Of a stretch of DNA of 64,000 bases, positions 11,480 through 20,673 are shown piece by piece; positions within the stretch are counted from its first letter, which is position 1, and every line of letters begins with the position of its first letter. The notes under the pieces are model-generated. The model was not told the origin of the DNA. It ran no database searches and worked only from the letters and a program-made list of their open reading frames with translations. Source of the DNA: Limnochordia bacterium (GTDB taxonomy: Bacteria; Bacillota; Limnochordia; DTU080); NCBI GenBank assembly GCA_050951545.1, contig JBMNJG010000002.1:187258-251257 (forward strand), in the 5' to 3' direction. The translations under genes and the position numbers were made by a program.

Positions 11480-12751
11480 CTAGGGACAGCGATAGCAGGT
11501 GGTCGATGCCAGAATCTGGTTGATGGCCTGTACAGCGTTTTGCGCAGCTTCGGCCACCGAGATCTGTCCTCGATACGCTGGTGCCAGAGCGTTGTTCATC
11601 GCCACGGAGCGCCAGTCATTCCATTTTGTGGTACCAAAATCAGCGCCGCGGACGAATTCCGAGCTTTCAAGGACTACACGCATGTTGGCGGGTGGGTTGT
11701 TCCACGCCAGCCACTGGGGGTTGCGGGCGAGAGGCACATAGACGGGGATGCGGCCTCGACGCACTTCCGTCGGTTTTCTTTCGGTGACAAAAAAGCGAGC
11801 GAAGTCGAAGGCAATTTCCGGTGATGCTGTCTTTTTGGAGACCACAATGCTGTTGGGGCCACCGTAGATGACTCGCGACTGTGGCCCTTTGGGCACCATA
11901 ACCACGTCCCAGTCGAAGGCTGCTTTGGTATCATGCAGGGCCTCTACAAGGGTACACAGCCCTACGTACATCCCGACTTTCCCTGAGGCAAAGGAGGGGC
12001 TCGTTCTCAGGGGGGCCGATACTTGATCCTTGTGGATCAGATCGACTAAAAACTGGATCGCTTCCACCGATCTTGGCTCATCAAGGAGGCTACGGCGCTG
12101 AAGAGAGTCTAAGACGTTGCCTCCCCAGCTGTAGACAACAGAGTCCAAAAGCTCATGACTTGAGCTGCTGATAAATCCCCAGACATCGGGTCGGCCATCG
12201 CCGTCGATGTCACGTGTCAGTTTTTTGGCCACGTCGCGCAATGTGAACCAATCCCAAGAGTTGTTGGGATGAGCGAGGCCGTTCTCATCGAACATGGAGC
12301 GATTGTAGAACAGGAGACTGGAGACCCAATCGAAGGGGAACGCATACAGCTCGCCGGATCGATTCGGGTAGCGCAGATCATCCATGACAGGCCAAAAGTA
12401 GCTTTGTCGAGGGAGCTGTCGCGCGAAGTTCTCCATGCTTAGAGTCCAGTCTACGTTGGCGTAATCCCAATTGTAGGCGACGCTCATGTAGTAGACATCG
12501 GGTGGCGTACCGCTGGCATTAAGTATAGTCATCTTGTCCCAATAACTAGACCAAGGCTCCGTGACCACCTCTACCTCCACCTGTGGCTTCGCTGCCATGT
12601 AGCGCTCTGCTAGGCTAACTTCGAGGTCGTGTGCTTTCTGATCCCAAGACCAGAACTCGATCTTCGTCTTGTCGGCTCCGGATGCTGCTAGCGTGATAGT
12701 CCCCATGATTAAGGCTGCCGTGAGCAGCTGTGCGCAGAGTCGGCGCATCAT
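11480..12751 (-). CDS. ABC sugar solute-binding protein (family 1)
   Basis: Signal peptide, GTPPDV, LYAFP, LFYNRSMF, KKLTRDIDGDG, WDVV.VPKGP. Confidence 0.9.
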   Translation of the reverse strand: MMRRLCAQLLTAALIMGTITLAASGADKTKIEFWSWDQKAHDLEVSLAERYMAAKPQVEVEVVTEPWSSYWDKMTILNASGTPPDVYYMSVAYNWDYANVDWTLSMENFARQLPRQSYFWPVMDDLRYPNRSGELYAFPFDWVSSLLFYNRSMFDENGLAHPNNSWDWFTLRDVAKKLTRDIDGDGRPDVWGFISSSSHELLDSVVYSWGGNVLDSLQRRSLLDEPRSVEAIQFLVDLIHKDQVSAPLRTSPSFASGKVGMYVGLCTLVEALHDTKAAFDWDVVMVPKGPQSRVIYGGPNSIVVSKKTASPEIAFDFARFFVTERKPTEVRRGRIPVYVPLARNPQWLAWNNPPANMRVVLESSEFVRGADFGTTKWNDWRSVAMNNALAPAYRGQISVAEAAQNAVQAINQILASTTCYRCP

Positions 12752-12960
12752 GAACACTCCCCTCGTATTTTGGTCGAGTACACGACACTGCGATATGTTC
12801 ACCATTTGGCTCAAGAGTCCTTGAGAAACATCCTAACTAATCCATGGCGCGTCCTTTCACGCGGTGGTCAGGGAGAGGCCCATCGTGGGCGTCCGTTGTC
12901 TGGGCAGAGAATCGTTCTGGAATACCAGGTAACCAACACTTCGGTACCAGCGCTTCGACG

Positions 12961-12988
12961 AACACGAGTTGCCAGTGTGCATAGCCTA
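12961..12988 (+). promoter_or_regulatory. Possible SigK/SigE-type sporulation promoter
   Basis: AC (12962-63), 16 nt, CATAGCCTA (12980-88) matches AC-N16-CATAnnnTA; short motif, could be chance. Confidence 0.3.
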
Positions 12989-13053
12989 GCAGTGCGGTAC
13001 CAGTGCTGTTAGTCCGCTCACGGAGAAGGTAGCACATCGAGGAGGGAACTGGC

Positions 13054-13254
13054 GTGCCCGAATGTGTGGTTTGTGGTGGCTGCACAACGTTTGATCTCAA
13101 TGCCTTGGCGACTCCAGGTGAAGGACTTGTGTGCAACAGTGTGGTCGTGATCAAAGAGCAAGTGGATCTGACTGCAGAGGGCCTTGGTGCATTTCACGTT
13201 GAGCAAAAGCTGCCTTTCGAGTTGATGATCATCCGTAAGGTCGCTGTGGCGTAG
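13054..13254 (+). CDS. 66-aa Cys-rich protein (CxxCxxC), standalone copy of the next gene's C-terminal domain
   Basis: GAGGAGG RBS; 37/66 gap-free identity (hand count) to the last 66 aa of 13354..13998. Confidence 0.8.
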   Translation: MPECVVCGGCTTFDLNALATPGEGLVCNSVVVIKEQVDLTAEGLGAFHVEQKLPFELMIIRKVAVA

Positions 13255-13266
13255 CGGGTAGGTAAC

Positions 13267-13325
13267 ACGGGTGTGGGCCTGGGTTTGTCGAGCCCAGCCC
13301 GCGCCCGTCAGGCTCATGTCAACGA
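13267..13325 (+). repeat. Duplicated 3' hairpin element, copy 1
   Basis: ACGGGTGTGGGCCTGGGT...GCCCAGCCCGCGCCCGTCAGGCTCATGTC, paralogous to 14007-14066. Confidence 0.75.
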
Positions 13326-13353
13326 TGAGTTGAGGTCAGAAGGAGTGTGTACA

Positions 13354-13998
13354 ATGGCGTGCTTGCCCGAACAGCGAAGTGTGACGTTTATTCAGGGCCA
13401 AGCTACCTATACGATTGAGTACAACGGTATGACCTGTGATGGCATGAACTCGACTTGGTGCGTCACGGTGACCGTCACGGGTGACCCCGCCCTTAGCCAT
13501 TGGGTATGGGGAACCTGTACCAACCCTCTTCCCACTGTACTGAGTGCCACCAGAAATGGTGTGCCATTGACAGTGGGTCCAGGTGAGGATGTCGAGGTGG
13601 GCACCGACCCCACTACTGGAGTGACGGGCGTCAAGTTTGATGTTCCGGTCGAGGCGGGGGATGGGCCGGTAGAGTTCTGTATGACACTGGCGGGGTGTTT
13701 CGTTGAAGAGCCTCAGGATGTAGGCGTTAAGGGTGGAGGCGGGGCAGTTGGGCAGGCACTCCAAGACGCCCTATGTGGCCCCAGCTGTCAGGCTTTTGTT
13801 CCTCGCTGTGCATTCTGTTCAGGATGTGCCGGGTTCAGCCTCAACGATATAACTGACCCTGGTCAGGGGCTCTGGTGCACGAACGTGGTGAAGCTTGGGG
13901 CACAGCTCGATCTCACCGAAGAGGGCGTTGGTGCGTTTCTCATTGAACAGAAGCTGCCTTTTGAGTTGGTGATCATCCGAAAGATCGCTGCCACGTAA
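13354..13998 (+). CDS. Cys-rich hypothetical protein (beta-rich N-domain plus CxxCxxC module); possible spore coat protein
   Basis: AGGAG RBS before ATG 13354; no signal peptide; ALSHW and DPTTGVTGVKFD segments; many Cys. Confidence 0.7.
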   Translation: MACLPEQRSVTFIQGQATYTIEYNGMTCDGMNSTWCVTVTVTGDPALSHWVWGTCTNPLPTVLSATRNGVPLTVGPGEDVEVGTDPTTGVTGVKFDVPVEAGDGPVEFCMTLAGCFVEEPQDVGVKGGGGAVGQALQDALCGPSCQAFVPRCAFCSGCAGFSLNDITDPGQGLWCTNVVKLGAQLDLTEEGVGAFLIEQKLPFELVIIRKIAAT

Positions 13999-14006
13999 GA
14001 GGCCGT

Positions 14007-14066
14007 ACGGGCGCGAGCTTGGGTCTGTCATAGCCCAGCCCGCGCCCGTTAGGTTTATGTCGATGA
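14007..14066 (+). repeat. Duplicated 3' hairpin element, copy 2
   Basis: ACGGGCGCGAGCTTGGGT...GCCCAGCCCGCGCCCGTTAGGTTTATGTC. Confidence 0.75.
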
Positions 14067-14139
14067 TTCGCAGGGGTATGGGAAGCAGGCCATCCAGGGC
14101 ACTAGGAGGAATGTAGACGCCGACTGGAGGCCTGAGCGA

Positions 14140-14700
14140 ATGGATCAGCAGTTGTTCTCCAAAGCATTGTGTTTTGCCGAAGAGGCGCATCGTGGTCAGC
14201 TTCGCAAGGGATCCGAGGTTCCCTACATCACCCATCCCGTTGGTGTTTCTGCTATTCTTTGCCAGTACGGCTACGGCGAGACCGTTGTCATCGCTGGTCT
14301 TCTGCACGACGTTTTGGAGGACACCTATGTGGAGCAAGAGGAGCTGGAGCTTCAGTTTGGTCAAGGTGTTGCCCGACTTGTGGCAAGTGTCACGGAGCAC
14401 AAGACACGCCATGGAGAAAAGGTACCCTGGGAAGAGCGTAAGCAGGCTGGTGTAGAACGCCTGAAGGGCGCTGATGGGGAGACCGTGGCTTTGAAGGCAG
14501 CGGACCTTCTTCACAATGCCCAGAGCATTCTTCGGGACTACAGTGCATACGGAGAGGCGGTGTGGGAGCGCTTTAACAGGGGCAAGAAGCACCAGCTCTG
14601 GTACTATGGTTTGCTCTCTGAACTTATCGCCGAGCGGCTTGGTGAGCACCCACTGGGTAGGGAGCTTATCCGTGTGGTAGGGGAGTTGCACCAACTCTGA
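14140..14700 (+). CDS. HD-domain protein, Mesh1/small alarmone hydrolase-like
   Basis: AHRGQLRK..PYITHP, LLHDVLEDT, KAADLLHN motifs of the RelA/SpoT hydrolase domain. Confidence 0.85.
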   Translation: MDQQLFSKALCFAEEAHRGQLRKGSEVPYITHPVGVSAILCQYGYGETVVIAGLLHDVLEDTYVEQEELELQFGQGVARLVASVTEHKTRHGEKVPWEERKQAGVERLKGADGETVALKAADLLHNAQSILRDYSAYGEAVWERFNRGKKHQLWYYGLLSELIAERLGEHPLGRELIRVVGELHQL

Positions 14701-14799
14701 GCCTCGTCATCTGGCCTGGGAAGCCCTCCCGGAAGTGGGGTAGCGCTGGTAGCGAGGCATGGTGCAGTAATATGCACAAACGTATGTCGCTTTTCCCTA

Positions 14800-14828
14800 T
14801 TGACTAACTAAACGCGTAGGAATATGCT
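14800..14828 (+). promoter_or_regulatory. Sigma-A-type promoter for SBP gene
   Basis: TTGACT-17 nt-TATGCT. Confidence 0.5.
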
Positions 14829-14965
14829 TTTAGGTGATACATAAAACCATTGAGGGCAGGTTCGTTCTCCGGCATCTTGCGAGTGCGGAGTTAAGCACGC
14901 CCTTTGTGCCCAGAGGCCTCTACTCGCACCTCACCATGGCTTGCCCCAATGTCAGGGAGGGTAAT

Positions 14966-16258
14966 ATGTTGGGACGGTGCTGTTTCTGGTTCGCGATCCT
15001 GCTGTTCGCTGTCGCGCTGCAGTGCAATTGCACGAGTGCGGCCAAGGTCACCATCACCCACCTTACGTACCTCGACCACTCCGATTCCTGGCATGAGTTC
15101 CTGCGGCAGATGAAGCCCGAGTTCGAGGAGCTCCATCCCGACTACGACGTTAGCATTCTCATTGATGCCCAGCCAGACCAGAAATTCGCTATTCTAGTTG
15201 CTGCAGGTGAGTCGCCGGATGTGTGTGACATGAGCACAGGGCAGGGCGCGTCCTTTATTGCCAACGGTGACTTCCTGGACCTTAGGCCACGGTTTCAGCG
15301 CACCAGCCGGACTGCCCTATCCATGTACGCTAAGCCAGTTCTGAATGGGCTCACCGATCCGGACGGACGCCTCATAGCCTACCCGGTCAGTGTCTATCCC
15401 ATTGTGACCTTCTACAATCTGGACTTGCTCCATGCGGCGGGTCTGACACCCCCGGCGGAGCTCGGCCCGGGTTGGACCTGGGATGCCTTGGCTGAATACG
15501 GTCGCAAACTGACGAAAGACCACAATGCTGATGGGGTCACTGATACATGGGGCATTGACCGCATCTCCTCGCGCCCCTACATCCAGGTGGCACAGGCTGG
15601 CGGCCTCTATTTTGACAGGGAGATGCTGCCCACGTCGAGTCGCCTGACGAGTCAGGCTGTGGTCCAAGCGATCGAGTTTCTTGAGCGGATCATTGTCAAG
15701 GACCGTACCAGTCAGGCACCCAATACGCCGAATCGGGCGAGTACATACCTCCCGACGGGAAATGCGGCCATCAGCACAGTAGACGGCCCTGGGGTCATAG
15801 GCACCCATCTGAGAGGGGTGCCCTTCGAGTGGGATATCTCCTTGCAGCCCACTGGGCCTGGTAGCAATGCTAGTGCCATCTTCTTGTCAAGCTTCCAGAT
15901 CAGCCGACATTCTGCCCATCCAGATGCTGCCTGGGCGTGGGTAGACTATATCGCTGGGCGCGAGGAATCTCAGCAGGCTTTCGCCAAGATTACGGGGCGC
16001 GTGCCCGTACTTCCGAGCATCGCTCGCAAGTACAATACCGTGGCGGACAACCTGCCAAAGAACTGGTCGGCGTTCTTTACGCAGATGTCGCAGCCTGACA
16101 ACATAACGGGCTACGGTGTGGTAGGTGACAGGCGCATCACAAGTGTCGTCAACGGCGCCTTTGACCGCGTATGGAGTGGCCAGATCCCGGCGTTGACTGC
16201 ATTGAAAGAAGCTGATCAGACAGTTGCAGCTTTCTTCGCAGAAGCACAGAAACGGTAA
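14966..16258 (+). CDS. ABC sugar solute-binding protein
   Basis: Signal peptide, AAGESPDV, FYNLDLL, WTWD, KLTKDHNADG; GGGAGG RBS before ATG 14966. Confidence 0.9.
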   Translation: MLGRCCFWFAILLFAVALQCNCTSAAKVTITHLTYLDHSDSWHEFLRQMKPEFEELHPDYDVSILIDAQPDQKFAILVAAGESPDVCDMSTGQGASFIANGDFLDLRPRFQRTSRTALSMYAKPVLNGLTDPDGRLIAYPVSVYPIVTFYNLDLLHAAGLTPPAELGPGWTWDALAEYGRKLTKDHNADGVTDTWGIDRISSRPYIQVAQAGGLYFDREMLPTSSRLTSQAVVQAIEFLERIIVKDRTSQAPNTPNRASTYLPTGNAAISTVDGPGVIGTHLRGVPFEWDISLQPTGPGSNASAIFLSSFQISRHSAHPDAAWAWVDYIAGREESQQAFAKITGRVPVLPSIARKYNTVADNLPKNWSAFFTQMSQPDNITGYGVVGDRRITSVVNGAFDRVWSGQIPALTALKEADQTVAAFFAEAQKR

Positions 16259-16278
16259 TGCTCACTGCCGGAAATCGA

Positions 16279-16313
16279 GAAGGGTGACGCTCGCTGCTGG
16301 CTGAGCGTCACCC
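16279..16313 (+). repeat. 3'-UTR hairpin, family A copy 2
   Basis: GAAGGGTGACGCTCGC...GAGCGTCACCC. Confidence 0.6.
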
Positions 16314-16371
16314 CATTCAATGATACCGTTTCACTCTGTAACGACGGTACTGTATATGAGTGGCTCGGGCT

Positions 16372-17649
16372 TTACTTAATCAACGCCCGCATCCGCTGGG
16401 CCGCCGAGATCATCTCGTTCCCCGCTGGCGCTCCAGAGCTGAATATGCGGTTCACGTGCTCAGCCATAATCGCAGACATTTCCGGATACGTCGTCCAGTA
16501 GGTCATGTTGCGAGCTAGGTCTTTTCCGTAGAACGTGTTGAGCACCCAATCGCGCATAGCGGCACCCTGCGCAGCGCCAAGCCGCTGGAAGAAAACATCC
16601 CACAGATCTGCATATGGACCGATGGGTTGGCGAAGCATGGCGTTTACCGTGGCCTTCTGCCCGTCATAGCCAGCCATCCACTCAACCAAGCTCCAGGCAG
16701 CGTCGGCATGCTTAGTGCCATTGGCGACGCTGAACATGTGACCTTGAGCAAATGCTCGTTGGCCTAGAGGGGCTCTGGGCGGGGTGGTGTAGCCCCAGTC
16801 GAATTGGGCGCTGGTGGCCGCCACAAAGACACCGGATAACCAGTTTTCTACAATGCCGTACCCGCCCTCGTAGAAGGTGCCTCTAGCGGCATACCCACCC
16901 GGATAGGGTGCTAGTTTGAGGTTGTTTTGCAGGTCGTTCCAGTACTCCAGTGATTCGATGGCGGCGGGTTGGTCGACCAGTACCTTGCTACGGTCTTCAC
17001 TCAGCCACTCGTGTCCGGTCCAGTTATGCATCCATTGGATATTGCCGCCGGAGCCGCTGTTAATCGGGTTTGATGTGCCATATATCATCGCTTCGGGGTC
17101 GGTTAGCTTTTTCGCTAGGTTGCGTAGGTCGTCAACGGTCCAGTTTTCGTTGGGTTCCACGACGCCGCGAGCGGCCATCAGGTCACGGTTGTAGAACCAT
17201 ACGACGCTGTTGAAGTCATAGGGGACACCATAGATCTTACCGTTGTATTTGCCGACGTCCTGCATGAAGGGGTATATCCTAGCCTTTTTCAGGTTGGCGC
17301 TCTTCTCCCATTGATTGGTGAGATCCCGGACCAGCCCTTCTTCGACCCACTTCGCCTTGTACTGAGCCCAGGTCTGGAATACATCCGGCGCGATGCCGCC
17401 AGCAGTCATGGTGACGATTTTGTTCACATAGTCGTCGAATGGGTATACCTGTACGTCAACATCGATGTCGGGATTGGTGTCGGTATATGCTCTGACAAGC
17501 TTGCTCCAATTCTCAACGGTGCCCAACGAACTAAGGTAGGTGGCGAAGGTGATCTGAACCCGGGCAGCCATTCCGACATGGCTGGCAGCGGCCAAGAGAA
17601 AAAACGCAAGAGCAACAGCCGTGACGTATAGCCTTGTCAACCTTTTCAT
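16372..17649 (-). CDS. ABC sugar solute-binding protein
   Basis: Signal peptide, AGGIAPDV, GKIYGVP, FYNRDL, WTVDDL..LAKKLT. Confidence 0.9.
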   Translation of the reverse strand: MKRLTRLYVTAVALAFFLLAAASHVGMAARVQITFATYLSSLGTVENWSKLVRAYTDTNPDIDVDVQVYPFDDYVNKIVTMTAGGIAPDVFQTWAQYKAKWVEEGLVRDLTNQWEKSANLKKARIYPFMQDVGKYNGKIYGVPYDFNSVVWFYNRDLMAARGVVEPNENWTVDDLRNLAKKLTDPEAMIYGTSNPINSGSGGNIQWMHNWTGHEWLSEDRSKVLVDQPAAIESLEYWNDLQNNLKLAPYPGGYAARGTFYEGGYGIVENWLSGVFVAATSAQFDWGYTTPPRAPLGQRAFAQGHMFSVANGTKHADAAWSLVEWMAGYDGQKATVNAMLRQPIGPYADLWDVFFQRLGAAQGAAMRDWVLNTFYGKDLARNMTYWTTYPEMSAIMAEHVNRIFSSGAPAGNEMISAAQRMRALIK

Positions 17650-18133
17650 ACAGATGTCTCCTTCCAGAATCTAATTGACCGGCGCACTGTGGGTAGGCTC
17701 CGCCTATGCAGATGACATTGGGGCTCGCTCCCCCAGCACACAGGCAAAGCAAAAAAGCAGCCTGCTGCCCAACCCAGCGTATCCGACGCGTGATGCATCA
17801 ACCCCCCTTTGGCCATATTCCGCTGTTCGCATGTCCCTTTGGTGAGGCTTGTCTGCCTATGACGGTATCTCACTCAGCGTGAACGATGATGTAAACGACA
17901 GCAGAGGGTGCAAATGGTTGTACAGCGACTGCTGGAATATTCCGGCTCTTAGAAGGGCATGCGGCAATCGCTAATGTACCCTATAAAACAATACAAGGGA
18001 AATAACCGGGGATACATTGATGCGGTTATTACATTCGTGTGCCATTTTTCCTCCTTAAGAAATAAAAGGCGCTGTTTGGGCATGTCGGTGGCCCCCGCGT
18101 GATGCAGTTGTGGTACAGCTTCACGCGATGACG

Positions 18134-18172
18134 AAGCACCCCAATCCGGCAGGTGCGGACTGGGGTGCTTTT
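18134..18172. terminator. Intrinsic terminator-like hairpin
   Basis: AAGCACCCCAATCC...GGACTGGGGTGCTTTT just past the stop at 18205. Confidence 0.6.
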
Positions 18173-18204
18173 GCGGGTCATCCCGCAAACTCGGTACTCT
18201 CTCG

Positions 18205-19227
18205 TCAGAGACTTACGATGGACTCTCCAGCGCACTTGAAGGGGATGCCAAGGGCGCCAGCCACAGTGGCAGCGGCATCGCAGATGTCGCCGTGTTCACG
18301 AGTGGTTCCCCGCATGGCGAGGGGCAAAGCACCACCCGTCACTATTTGCGTGATGCGCCGACAGCAGTCGGACCAGCCTCTTGAGATGGGTCGGTTGCTT
18401 GAGAAGTCCCAGACTTTGCAGTCCCATGGCCACACATGATCCCAACATAGCTCTGTGCTGGTGCGGGGACCATCATGCGGCCTGAACGAGCCGGACATGG
18501 CGTCACAGCCGTAGTGGTAGGCGTGATCAGACGTGATAACCATGAGCACGTCATCCCAAGCACCTGTCTCCGTAAGGAAGTCTCTGAGCATACCTACGTG
18601 CCGATCCACATGATCAACTAGATGGTGGTGCTTGTCGCTTACCGGGGTTTCCGGATCTGGTACAGACACAGGAAGACCATAGGGTTTGGCTGTGAGGTCG
18701 TGTTCGGGTAGGTATATCATGAGAAAGCGCCAATCAGGATTGGCCCGCGCATACGGAAAGACATACTCCGTTAGCTCTTTCTCGTCAGGGTAGTAGCCGG
18801 GCAGGGGTACGCAATGCTGAGTCGTATGCCAGTAACCCGGGGCTAACCAACAGCCGGATCCGAAGGTAGCGACCTTGATATCTGGACGATTTCGGTCAAT
18901 CCATTCACAGATGGTGCGGTAGTCGCCATCGGCGTAGGGGTGGCAGCACCACTCATCCTCCAACACCACTTGGTGCGAATCGTACCGTCCGGAAGCCAAA
19001 TAGCGCATGCCATAGGGTGTCATACACTTGCCCTGCGACATGGGGCGTAGGGTCCACAAGCCGTTGTTGATACACTCCGAGATGTTGGGGATGAGCCCAT
19101 GCTTGTGATAGTCCATGATATTTGGGGGCGGCAGCCCTGTAGACTGCACTGTGGCAGCACCTGGCACCCAGTGGCCAGCCAGCTGGTCGATTACCAGCAA
19201 TACGACGCGAGGGATTTCTGACTGCAT
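18205..19227 (-). CDS. Alkaline phosphatase/phosphodiesterase-superfamily protein
   Basis: VVLLVID start, YLPEHD, VDRHVG, VITSDH motifs; start at ATG 19227. Confidence 0.65.
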   Translation of the reverse strand: MQSEIPRVVLLVIDQLAGHWVPGAATVQSTGLPPPNIMDYHKHGLIPNISECINNGLWTLRPMSQGKCMTPYGMRYLASGRYDSHQVVLEDEWCCHPYADGDYRTICEWIDRNRPDIKVATFGSGCWLAPGYWHTTQHCVPLPGYYPDEKELTEYVFPYARANPDWRFLMIYLPEHDLTAKPYGLPVSVPDPETPVSDKHHHLVDHVDRHVGMLRDFLTETGAWDDVLMVITSDHAYHYGCDAMSGSFRPHDGPRTSTELCWDHVWPWDCKVWDFSSNRPISRGWSDCCRRITQIVTGGALPLAMRGTTREHGDICDAAATVAGALGIPFKCAGESIVSL

Positions 19228-19262
19228 CTTTGTATCACTCCTGCCTGGTATTCGGCCGACGG

Positions 19263-20567
19263 CTATAACAGACTGCGAATGGCCTCCGCTATGGAGTGCA
19301 TGCCGACCGTGGGTGTCGTTTCGTTGCCCACGAGCACCTTTGTCCAAGTCTGTGTGAACAATGCGTTCATCTCCATGGGCTTTGCAAAGAACACACGGCT
19401 ATCGACTCGGGCCTGGTCCATGGATTGCAGGAAGACCCACAGGTTCTTGTTGGGCATTAGCTTGTAGTACTCGCTGCCCAAGCTCGGTAGCGATGGCATC
19501 TGGTAGAACGGCGCTCTCAGACGTCCGAGATTGGCTTTGCGTGAGGCCAAGGCCATAGCCAGGCGTACAGCCTCTTCTGGGTTCTTGGTCTGTCCGTACA
19601 CGGAAAAGCTGTCGGTTACGGTAACCGCCGGGCGTAGGCCCGTGGGACCTGCTGGGTTTGGCGCGATGTTCCAGTCAAAGCCAGCGGTGCTATAGACTTC
19701 CTGAGTCCACACGCTATAGGTTTGCATCATGGCCGTCTTCTCGCTGAGGAAGGCCTTCTGCGGGCCGCCAAGGCTACCATCCCAGGGGTTGGCTGGCGTC
19801 ACCCCGTGTTCCCAGATCAGGCTATGCAGAAAGGAAAGTCCGGCGATAGACTCGGGTGTATCGCCCGTGAAGACTCTGTCGTTTTCGGGCGCGAACAGGC
19901 CGCCACCTGCGCCCCACATCCAGGCATCTACCCAGGGCGTGTTGTCGGTTAGTGTGAGGAAACCCCAATGGTCGTGGCTGCCATCGCTTATCCGCGTCAG
20001 CTTCTTGGCTACGGAAACCAACTCGGTCCAAGTCCAGGTCTTCATGTTTTCCGGGTACACCAGGCCTGCATTGTCGAACATGCCAGCGTTGTAGAGCATG
20101 CCGCCCATCACATTCACGTACATGGGGATGGCGTAGCGCATACCCGCTAGCGGACCGTGGGTCAACTTGAGCGCGTTCCACTGTGCGGGGAAGAAGTCCC
20201 GGGCTGCATTCGGAAACAGCCTGTTGAGGTAGGGTTCGAGGTCGAGCAGCCAGCCGCTCTCTGCCCAGCTGCGTTGCGTGTCGCCCCAGCCCTGAAAGAC
20301 GTCGGGGGCTACGCCAGCGGCAATCAGCGTAGGCATTTTCTGCGGGTAATTGCCGTCCACTGGCTCAACTTCGACGCTGATACCGGGGTTGGCTACTCGG
20401 AAGTCTCTGATTACGTCTGCAAGCCAGTTCCCCTCCTGCCCGGCGACGCTAGCATGGCTTGCCTGCATGCCCACGCGGAGTGTAACTTCCTTCGCTGCAC
20501 CGAGACCGCTCACGAACAGGGTCACTGCAACCGACAGAACAAGAAGACATGACACGCGTTTGCGCAT
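19263..20567 (-). CDS. ABC sugar solute-binding protein
   Basis: Signal peptide, AAGVAPDV, YAIP, LYNAGMF, WTWTEL..AKKLT, WNIAP.P.GP. Confidence 0.9.
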   Translation of the reverse strand: MRKRVSCLLVLSVAVTLFVSGLGAAKEVTLRVGMQASHASVAGQEGNWLADVIRDFRVANPGISVEVEPVDGNYPQKMPTLIAAGVAPDVFQGWGDTQRSWAESGWLLDLEPYLNRLFPNAARDFFPAQWNALKLTHGPLAGMRYAIPMYVNVMGGMLYNAGMFDNAGLVYPENMKTWTWTELVSVAKKLTRISDGSHDHWGFLTLTDNTPWVDAWMWGAGGGLFAPENDRVFTGDTPESIAGLSFLHSLIWEHGVTPANPWDGSLGGPQKAFLSEKTAMMQTYSVWTQEVYSTAGFDWNIAPNPAGPTGLRPAVTVTDSFSVYGQTKNPEEAVRLAMALASRKANLGRLRAPFYQMPSLPSLGSEYYKLMPNKNLWVFLQSMDQARVDSRVFFAKPMEMNALFTQTWTKVLVGNETTPTVGMHSIAEAIRSLL

Positions 20568-20673
20568 AGCGGACTCCCTCCTATATTTCGATTTGCCAAA
20601 CCGAGCGCTGAGCTTCGTTGTCGCACATCACATGTCGCTGAACTTGCCCCATAGGAACCTGGTCACCGTGTGC

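Noticed and set aside
13054-13998. Radical SAM enzyme or RiPP precursor
   Set aside because: Spacing is CxxCxxC, not CxxxCxxC; no barrel domain and no maturation enzymes nearby.
13255-14066. Integron attC sites (GTTAGGT after a hairpin)
   Set aside because: No matching RYYYAAC inverse core in both copies, no integrase; the repeats follow from the gene duplication.
13819-14694. 291-aa antisense ORF and the many other overlapping shadow ORFs
   Set aside because: They overlap well-supported genes and are expected in high-GC DNA; no motifs.
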